A stretch of 64,000 bases of DNA. Source: Candidatus Multivoradales bacterium. GTDB lineage: Bacteria > Acidobacteriota > Thermoanaerobaculia > Multivoradales > JAHEKO01. The position numbers and the translations under genes are program-made. This document shows positions 57,298 to 64,000 of this stretch, piece after piece; positions within the stretch are counted from its first letter, which is position 1; each line of letters begins with the position of its first letter. Under the pieces are notes generated by a model. That model was not told the origin of the DNA. It worked only from the letters and a program-made list of their open reading frames with translations, and made no database searches. The stretch lies in the NCBI GenBank assembly GCA_965223155.1, contig CBDCVR010000015.1, positions 1 to 64,000 on the forward strand. The letters run 5' to 3'.

Positions 57298-58376
57298 CGT
57301 GCGCTACTCCCGGCGGATGGGTCCACGTCGTTCGAATCCGGATCCTCCGATCCGAGCACGTTGCGCTCGCGAGCGTGCAACTCCGCCACTTTCCCTTCCA
57401 TCTTGACACCCAACTCGGCCCGGGCAAAAGCCGCCGCTTGGTGAATGGCGCTCGCCACCGCCCGAGCCCGGGAGCGGCCGTGGCCGACGAAGCACCCGCC
57501 CTTCAAGCCCAGGAGTGGAACCGCGCCCGTCTCCTGATAGTCCAGGCGCCGGCCGAGGTTGGCGAAGGCGGGACGGGCCAGGGCGTAGCCCAGCCGGGTC
57601 CTGAGACTTCGGGCCATCTCCTCGCGCAGCATCGAGCCCACCAACGACGCCAGCGATTCGGCGCTCTTCAACACCACGTTGCCCACAAATCCGTCACAAA
57701 CCACGACGTCCACCGATCCGGAAAAGATATCGTGTCCCTCCACGTTGCCGACGAAATTGAGTCCGGTTTCCTCGAGCACCCGAAAGCCCTGCCTGGTGGT
57801 CTCGGTGCCCTTCGCCTGCTCCTCGCCGATCGAGAGCAAGCCGATGCGGGGCTCGGGGGTGCCGAGCACGTCCTGGGCGTAGAAGTGGCCGAGAACGGCG
57901 AACTCGCGCAACTGTCCCGGCCGCGCTTCGACGTTGGCGCCGACGTCCAGGATCACGGTCCGGCCCTCGGGATTGGGAAACACCGCGGCCAGCGCAGGGC
58001 GGGCCACACCCTCGATGGTGCCCAGGACAACCTTGGCTGCGGTCAACGCGGCACCGGTGTTGCCGCACGAGACGACCGCCCGCGCCCGGCCCTCCCGCAC
58101 CAGGTCGCAGGCCACCCGGATCGAGGAGTCCCGCTTGCGCCGCAGCGGCGCCGTCGCCGACTCGTCCATGCCGACGACCTCGGCGGCGGGGACCAAGCGC
58201 AGCCCGGGCTCGGAGTCGCCCTCGATCTCCAGCAGCGCCTCCGGACGGCCGACCAGGAAGACGCCGATCCCTCCGGCGGCGACCGCCTCGCGGGCGCCGG
58301 ACACAATCTCCTCGGGCGCGTGGTCGCCGCCCATGGCGTCCACCGCGATCCAGGTCGTGGGCGGGGATGGGGACAT
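57294..58376 (-). CDS. plsX: Phosphate acyltransferase PlsX
   Basis: IAVDAMGGDHAP, GNTGA, DVGAN, GNVEG, DGFVGN. Confidence 0.95.
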   Translation of the reverse strand: MSPSPPTTWIAVDAMGGDHAPEEIVSGAREAVAAGGIGVFLVGRPEALLEIEGDSEPGLRLVPAAEVVGMDESATAPLRRKRDSSIRVACDLVREGRARAVVSCGNTGAALTAAKVVLGTIEGVARPALAAVFPNPEGRTVILDVGANVEARPGQLREFAVLGHFYAQDVLGTPEPRIGLLSIGEEQAKGTETTRQGFRVLEETGLNFVGNVEGHDIFSGSVDVVVCDGFVGNVVLKSAESLASLVGSMLREEMARSLRTRLGYALARPAFANLGRRLDYQETGAVPLLGLKGGCFVGHGRSRARAVASAIHQAAAFARAELGVKMEGKVAELHARERNVLGSEDPDSNDVDPSAGSSAR

Positions 58377-58493
58377 GGTGCGAACGGAAAGACTGGGAAG
58401 GGTGACGGCTCGGCAGCTCGGGGTCCAGTCGGCGGACCGGCGGGCTCGGGACTCCAGGGGCCGCCCAGTGACGGCCCCGTCCCCGGCAAGCGG

Positions 58494-58679
58494 CTAGAGC
58501 GACTCGTCGACGTCGACGACCTGACGGCCGCGATAGTGGCCGCAGTGCGGACAGGCCCGGTGCGGGCGCTTGACTTCGCCGCAGTTCGCGCAGACGGAGG
58601 CCGGCGGCGCCTCGAGGGCGTCGTGGGCACGGCGCCGGTCGCGGCGCGCCTTGGAAGTTCGTCGTTTCGGATTGGCCAT
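58494..58679 (-). CDS. rpmF: 50S ribosomal protein L32
   Basis: [32 protein letters not shown]. Confidence 0.96.
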   Translation of the reverse strand: MANPKRRTSKARRDRRRAHDALEAPPASVCANCGEVKRPHRACPHCGHYRGRQVVDVDESL

Positions 58680-58694
58680 AGTGAAACCTCGGCT

Positions 58695-59222
58695 TCAGGT
58701 GTCCAGCCGTTCGCGCAGCCCCGCCAGCCCCTGCCAGCGTGGGTCCACCGACTCGGTCTCGCAGTCACAGGACTCGAGGTTGCGGTCCACGCCGCAGGTC
58801 GGGCACAGCCCCTTGCAGTCGTCGCGACACAGCCTTCTCATGGGAATGTTCAGTTGAATTTGTTCGAGTAAGAGTGGTTCGGTGTCGAGCACCTCGTCCT
58901 CGAGAGTGAGGACGCTTAGATCCGCCTCCTCCAGCTCGACTTCGCCTGCCAACGGCTCGGCGCCGCCGATCCGCACGAGCATGTCGACGCCGGCCTGGAC
59001 CGGCATGGACGACCGCCCGAGGCACCTGGGACACTCCAGAATCTGTTCATAGGAAAGCTCGGCGGAGAGCACGAACCCGTCTGGCGTGCGCTCGACCCGC
59101 CCCTGCCAAGAGATCGGACCAAGCTCCAGCAACTGGGCTCGCTCCAGGACTTCGGCCGCGATCTCGCAACGTTCGTCCCAGCGGTACGGAGTGTCGCTGA
59201 TCTGATCGAGTCGGATTTCCAC
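58695..59222 (-). CDS. yceD: YceD/DUF177 protein
   Basis: CPRCL, LC..DCKGLCPTCG, DPRW; upstream of rpmF. Confidence 0.92.
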   Translation of the reverse strand: MEIRLDQISDTPYRWDERCEIAAEVLERAQLLELGPISWQGRVERTPDGFVLSAELSYEQILECPRCLGRSSMPVQAGVDMLVRIGGAEPLAGEVELEEADLSVLTLEDEVLDTEPLLLEQIQLNIPMRRLCRDDCKGLCPTCGVDRNLESCDCETESVDPRWQGLAGLRERLDT

Positions 59223-59502
59223 AGCCGGCCTCCCGCACCAGCCGCGACAGGCTATGGCATCACCTTCGGGGTGTCAACGCGGTCCCTCACACCCCGCCGG
59301 CCCCGACCAAAGAACGGTTCCGGAGCGGGTTGCGGCCGCCCCGCCGCTCTAAGCACGCCGCCAACGTACCACCGGCGCTCCGCCGACCCCCGGCCGGCCT
59401 CGTCCTCGCCGCTTGATCCCGGACCGGCGCTTTGGCACGATCAAGCGTGGTTCCGGCCCCGGGAAGCGTCCGGGCGCCGGTAGTTCTCCCGAAAGACCAT
59501 TC

Positions 59503-60996
59503 TTGACTCCACGCACGAGAGCCGATTCGCCGGCGCCCGTACACGAGGCCGATCCACAGCTTGAGGCCGACAGCGTCGGCGGCGCGACCGTCGCGGGCGA
59601 GATCCTTGACGACGGCGAGCGGCCCTGGTGGAACCACGTGCTGCGCGCTCTGGCCCGCCGCCTGCCTTGGGCGCATATCGCCTTCAACTGGGGCCGTGCC
59701 CAGATCCGGCACCGGGCGATTCAGGCACGGCAGCTCCTGAGCCTCCGCCGGCTGCGCCTGTCGGCGGCCTGGATCGGAGTGGAGCTCGCCCGGCAGCGGC
59801 GGCGGAGTGGCGAGGAGCGGCTGACCGTCGCTGTTGACGCCGCATCCTTCTGGGAACCGCTGACCGGCATTGGCTGGTATCTCTACCGCCTGCTCGAGCA
59901 CCTGGCCGACCGCGACGACCTCCGGCTACGGCTCTACGGACCGACCTGCGTCGGTAGCCCCGATCTCGACCCACCCCAGGTCCAGCTGCCGTCTGGACCG
60001 GCCATCGAGTTCGTCCGGCACGACGTACCCGACGGCTTTGTCGTGCCGGGAGGATGGATCATCAAGCTCCTGCGCCGGCTGGAACCCCTCCTGATCGCAC
60101 TTGACCGCAACGAGGTCCTGTTCGCGCCGAACTACTTCTTGCCGCGCCGGTTCGATGCAGCCGGCGGCGCCCGGGTGGCGACCATCCACGACTTGGGTCT
60201 CCGCCGCTTCGCCTGGACGCTCCGCCGCGAGACCATCCTCGAGCTGTCGGACAAGTTGGATCACGCGCTCTTCGAAGCCTCGCGCCTGATCACGGTCAGC
60301 CGGGCGATTCGCGACGAGATGATCGCCGACGGTTTGGCCGGCCCCGGCCAGGACGGCCCGGACGGGAGAATTCACGCCATCCACCACGGCCCCGGCCAGT
60401 TGGCCGCGGTCGAGCCCGGCACCACGCCGGAGGAAACGCCGGCGTCCTTCGCGCTCCACGTCGGCACCATCGAGCCCAGGAAAAACGTGGGTGCGCTGCT
60501 TTCCGCCTGGGAACGGTTGGCCGAGATCGTCGCCGAGCCGCCAACCCTGCTTCTGTGCGGCAAGTTCGGCTGGAAGTCGGAAGAAGTCGCGCGCGCGGTC
60601 GAGCGAGCCGAACGCAAGGGCTGGGCCCGGCACCTGGGCTACGTCACCGACGCCGAGCTGGCCGCCCTCTACCGGGACGCCCGCGTAGTCGTCTTCCCGA
60701 CCCTGTACGAGGGCTTCGGCCTGCCCGCGGTGGAGGCGCTCTGGGCGGAGACGCCGCTGGTTTGTTCCGATCTGGCCGTGCTGCGGGAGGTCACCGGAGG
60801 GGCGGCGGTCTTCGCCGATCCCGGCGATCCGGAGGCCTTCGCCGGCGCGGTAGCCCGGGTACTGGACGACGCCGGCCTTCGCGAGCGGCTCGCCGCCGAA
60901 GGCCGCCAGCGAGTGGCCGAGCTCTCCTGGTCCCGAGCCGCCGAGCGGACGGCCGCGGTCTGGAGGGCGGCGGCGGGGCGCGGAGCGCGGCCGTGA
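59503..60996 (+). CDS. GT4 glycosyltransferase with N-terminal extension (start uncertain)
   Basis: TGIGWY, TIHDL, VGTIEPRKN, YEGFGLPAVEA. Confidence 0.88.
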   Translation: MTPRTRADSPAPVHEADPQLEADSVGGATVAGEILDDGERPWWNHVLRALARRLPWAHIAFNWGRAQIRHRAIQARQLLSLRRLRLSAAWIGVELARQRRRSGEERLTVAVDAASFWEPLTGIGWYLYRLLEHLADRDDLRLRLYGPTCVGSPDLDPPQVQLPSGPAIEFVRHDVPDGFVVPGGWIIKLLRRLEPLLIALDRNEVLFAPNYFLPRRFDAAGGARVATIHDLGLRRFAWTLRRETILELSDKLDHALFEASRLITVSRAIRDEMIADGLAGPGQDGPDGRIHAIHHGPGQLAAVEPGTTPEETPASFALHVGTIEPRKNVGALLSAWERLAEIVAEPPTLLLCGKFGWKSEEVARAVERAERKGWARHLGYVTDAELAALYRDARVVVFPTLYEGFGLPAVEALWAETPLVCSDLAVLREVTGGAAVFADPGDPEAFAGAVARVLDDAGLRERLAAEGRQRVAELSWSRAAERTAAVWRAAAGRGARP

Positions 60997-62141
60997 GCCG
61001 GCCGACGGCGGTCGGCGTCGATCTCAGAGCCCTGGTCGGGCGCCCGACCGGAATCGGTCACTACACCCTGGAGCTCTTGGAGGAGCTGGCGGCCCTCAAT
61101 CGCTACCGGCTGGTGGGCATGGCGCACGCTCCGGTCAGCACGAGGGAGCGGCTGGACCGCGCCGGCGTCGAGCTCGAGGTGCAACGCGCGCCCCTCGGCG
61201 TCCTCTGGCAGCAGGCTCTCGTGCCGCGGCGTCTCGCTCGGGGCGACATCGACGTCTTCTGGTCGCCGGTCATCACGCTTCCGGCCCGGCTGGATCGACC
61301 GGGGGTGATCACCGTGCACGACCTCATTCCGCTGCTCTACCCCGAAACGCAGCGGCTCAAGGTGCGGCTCATCTTCGCCGGCCTGCTCCGACGTTCGATC
61401 GAGATCGCCCACACCGTGGTCGCGGACTCCCGAGCCACCGCCGACGATCTGGTCGAGCAGTTTCCGGCAGCCCGGGGCAAGCTCGCCGTCGTCTATCCCG
61501 GAGTCGCGGACCGTTTCCGGCCGGCGAGCGCGGAGGAAGTCGAAGCGATCCGGACGGACCTGGATCTGCCCGAGGGCTATGTCCTCTTCGTGGGCACTCT
61601 CGAGCCGCGCAAGAACCTGGACCGCCTGCTCGACGCCTGGGAGCGATTGCGCCGGGAGAACCACTCGACGCCACCTCTGGTCGTGGTCGGCGGCTACGGC
61701 TGGAAGAGCCGGCGGCTTACGCGGCGCCTGGAGGCGTTGGGTCCCGCGGGGCTGCGTCACGTCGATGGAGCCGGCCTCGAAGAGCTGGTTCGCTACTACC
61801 AGGGCGCACGCCTGCTGGCGCTACCCTCCCTCTATGAAGGCTTCGGGCTGCCGGCGGCCGAGGCCATGGCCTGTGGCGTGCCGACAGTGGTGGGCGCGGC
61901 TTCCAGCCTGCCCGAAGTGGTCGGCGACGCGGGACTTCAGGTCGATCCGGACGATACTCTGGGACTCGCGAGCGCCATGCGCAAGATCCTCACAGACTCC
62001 GTCCTGACGCATGAGCTCGTCGGGCGCGGCATCGAACGGAGCCGGCGCTTCGACTGGCCGCGCGCTGCCGCCGAGATCGGCGAGATCCTGGATCAGGCAG
62101 CCGCCGGCAGCCCACCGGCGCGGGCCGCGGGCCGGAGCTGA
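60993..62141 (+). CDS. GT4 glycosyltransferase
   Basis: TGIGHY, TVHDL, VGTLEPRKN, YEGFGLPAAEAMACG. Confidence 0.92.
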   Translation: MSRPTAVGVDLRALVGRPTGIGHYTLELLEELAALNRYRLVGMAHAPVSTRERLDRAGVELEVQRAPLGVLWQQALVPRRLARGDIDVFWSPVITLPARLDRPGVITVHDLIPLLYPETQRLKVRLIFAGLLRRSIEIAHTVVADSRATADDLVEQFPAARGKLAVVYPGVADRFRPASAEEVEAIRTDLDLPEGYVLFVGTLEPRKNLDRLLDAWERLRRENHSTPPLVVVGGYGWKSRRLTRRLEALGPAGLRHVDGAGLEELVRYYQGARLLALPSLYEGFGLPAAEAMACGVPTVVGAASSLPEVVGDAGLQVDPDDTLGLASAMRKILTDSVLTHELVGRGIERSRRFDWPRAAAEIGEILDQAAAGSPPARAAGRS

Positions 62142-62155
62142 GCCGGAGACGATTC

Positions 62156-63292
62156 ATGAGCTTTCGGATCGGCATCGACGCCCGCAAGTGGAGCGACTAC
62201 GGCATCGGTACCTATGTCCAGAACCTGGTCCGTTCGCTCGCCCAGATCGACGACGAGAACCGCTACTTCATCATCTCGGGCGCGCGGCACCACATGGAGA
62301 TCGCCGAGCTGCCCGAGAATTTTCGCTTCGTCCAGGCGAACGCGGGCGGCTACACCCTGCGGGAGCAGACGTCGATTCCCTGGCGCATCTTCCGGCGTCG
62401 CCTGGATCTCTTCCACGCGACGCACTACGTGCTCCCCTATCTCGTGCCCTCGAAGACCGTGGTCTCGATTCACGACATCATCCACCTGCTCTTCCCGCAG
62501 TTTCTCCCCAACCGATTCGCTTTCTTCTACGCCCAGCGGATGGTGCGCCACAGCCTGGCCCGGGGCGACCGCATCATCACCGACTCGCAGAACACCAAGA
62601 CCGATCTGCTGGCCACCTTCCCGGTGGACGGCCGCAAGATTCGCGTCGTCTACCTCGGCGTGGCCGAACGCTTCCGCGCGCGGGTCGCTCCCGAGGCGAT
62701 TGCCGAGACCTTGGATCGCTTCGACGTTGCCAAGCCCTACGCCCTCTTTGTCGGCAACCCGAAGCCGCACAAGAACCTGGACAACGTCCTGAGGGCCTTC
62801 GCCCGGGCGCTGGCTCTCCAGACGTTCGAGGGCGATCTGGTCTGCGTCGGCGCCGGACCCGAGCAGTCCGAGAAGATCCGGCACGCGGCCGATCGCCTGG
62901 GCTTGGCCGGGCGCCTCCACGTTCTCGGCCGGGTCCCGAGCGCCGACCTTCCTGCGATCTACCAGGGCGCCCGGCTGTTCGTTTATCCGACCCTCTACGA
63001 AGGCTTCGGCTTCCCGGTGGTCGAGGCCATGGCCAGCGGCACCCCGGTCATTACCTCGAACACCTCCGCGCTCAAGGAAATCGCCGAAGGCTACGCCGAT
63101 CTCGTCAATCCCCTCGACGTCGAGGCCATGGCCGAAGCCATTGTGCATTCGATGACCGACGCCGAACATCGCGGCGCCCTGCGCAAGCTGGGCGAGCGCC
63201 GCGCCGCCGACTTCACCTGGGAGGCCACCGCCAAGAAGACGCAGGCGATCTACCAGCGGGTGCTCGGCGCTCCGAACCATGACCCGGCCTGA
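62156..63292 (+). CDS. GT4 glycosyltransferase
   Basis: GIGTY, SIHD, PHKN, YEGFGFPVVEAMASG. Confidence 0.92.
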   Translation: MSFRIGIDARKWSDYGIGTYVQNLVRSLAQIDDENRYFIISGARHHMEIAELPENFRFVQANAGGYTLREQTSIPWRIFRRRLDLFHATHYVLPYLVPSKTVVSIHDIIHLLFPQFLPNRFAFFYAQRMVRHSLARGDRIITDSQNTKTDLLATFPVDGRKIRVVYLGVAERFRARVAPEAIAETLDRFDVAKPYALFVGNPKPHKNLDNVLRAFARALALQTFEGDLVCVGAGPEQSEKIRHAADRLGLAGRLHVLGRVPSADLPAIYQGARLFVYPTLYEGFGFPVVEAMASGTPVITSNTSALKEIAEGYADLVNPLDVEAMAEAIVHSMTDAEHRGALRKLGERRAADFTWEATAKKTQAIYQRVLGAPNHDPA

Positions 63293-64000
63293 GGCCCGCT
63301 GGCCGAGCGTCCGGACCGTCCTCGTCCATGACTGGCTGACCGGGATGCGGGGCGGCGAGAAGGTGCTGGCGGAGATCGCCGCGCTGGCTCCGGACGCCCC
63401 GATCCACACGCTCTTCCATTTTCCCGGAGCGCTCAGCCCCGAGCTCGAGCGCCGCCGGATCGTCACCAGCCGCCTGCAACCGCTGGCACGGGCGGTGCCC
63501 AACTACCGCTATCTGCTGCCTCTCTTTCCGAGCGCGATCGAATCACTGGACCTGGCTGGGTACGACCTCGTCGTCTCGGTCAGCCATTCCTTTGCCAAGA
63601 GCGTGCGCCGGGCGCCGGGCGCGATCCACGTCTGCTACTGCAACACCCCCGTACGCTACGCCTGGGACCAGCAAGACGCCTACTTTCCGCGCGGCGGCGG
63701 CCTGGCCGCCGCGCTCCGCCGCCGCTATCTGGCGCGGCTGCGCCGCTGGGACGTAGCGACGGCGCCGCGGGTCGACCACTACCTCGCCAACTCCAGCTTC
63801 ATCGCCGAACGCATCCGGAAGTACTACGGCCGCGAGGCCACCGTGCTCCATCCGCCGGTCGACGTCGAGTTCTTTCGGCCGGAGGAGAGAGACCGCGAGC
63901 CCTTCGCGCTGGTCGCTTCGGCTCTGGTGCCGTACAAGCGCATCGATCTCGCCATCGAGGCCTGCCGCCGCCTAGAGCTGCCGCTCAAGATCGTCGGCAC
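63279..64000 (+). CDS. GT4 glycosyltransferase (runs off the window end)
   Basis: ATG 63279; VLVHDWLTGMRGGEKVL, YCNTPVRYAWD, ANS, HPPVD, LVPYKRIDL. Confidence 0.88.
   Translation, partial: MTRPEARWPSVRTVLVHDWLTGMRGGEKVLAEIAALAPDAPIHTLFHFPGALSPELERRRIVTSRLQPLARAVPNYRYLLPLFPSAIESLDLAGYDLVVSVSHSFAKSVRRAPGAIHVCYCNTPVRYAWDQQDAYFPRGGGLAAALRRRYLARLRRWDVATAPRVDHYLANSSFIAERIRKYYGREATVLHPPVDVEFFRPEERDREPFALVASALVPYKRIDLAIEACRRLELPLKIVG

Noticed and set aside
52847-59222. fab cluster as a secondary-metabolite (type II PKS) locus
   Set aside because: Canonical yceD-rpmF-plsX-fabH-fabD-fabG-acpP-fabF housekeeping order; no chain-length factor or tailoring genes.

Overview
High-GC bacterial chromosomal window, densely coding (about 60 CDS). 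Gene content and style suggest Acidobacteriota, probably Thermoanaerobaculia (inference only). Housekeeping blocks: an aroD-aroE fusion heading trpEGDC-FBA, yceD-rpmF-plsX-fabH-fabD-fabG-acpP-fabF, ETF-QO, Ppx/GppA, PolX and a GT4 glycosyltransferase cluster. I recognised no rRNA, tRNA, CRISPR array, integrase or transposase. Most interesting: (1) an Elp3 tRNA-U34 carboxymethyltransferase gene head-to-head (2 bp gap) with a methyltransferase carrying Trm9/ALKBH8-type motifs, suggesting a eukaryote/archaea-like mcm5U34 pathway in a bacterium; (2) a ~7 kb block combining a membrane-anchored TPR-CHAT protease, a pseudo-receiver/TM/Ig-like protein, an OmpR regulator, a hybrid kinase and a secreted Ser-Asp-repeat protein; (3) a candidate ~90-nt sRNA with an anti-Shine-Dalgarno loop; (4) an orphan cI/cro-like switch followed by Zn-finger ORFs, one missed by the ORF track; (5) a ~1420-aa secreted coiled-coil protein with three Cys-paired SH3b domains. 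Several frameshifts (five in the first 1.3 kb, others near 29575 and 39490) most likely reflect sequencing indels. All family calls come from reading motifs; no database search was run.
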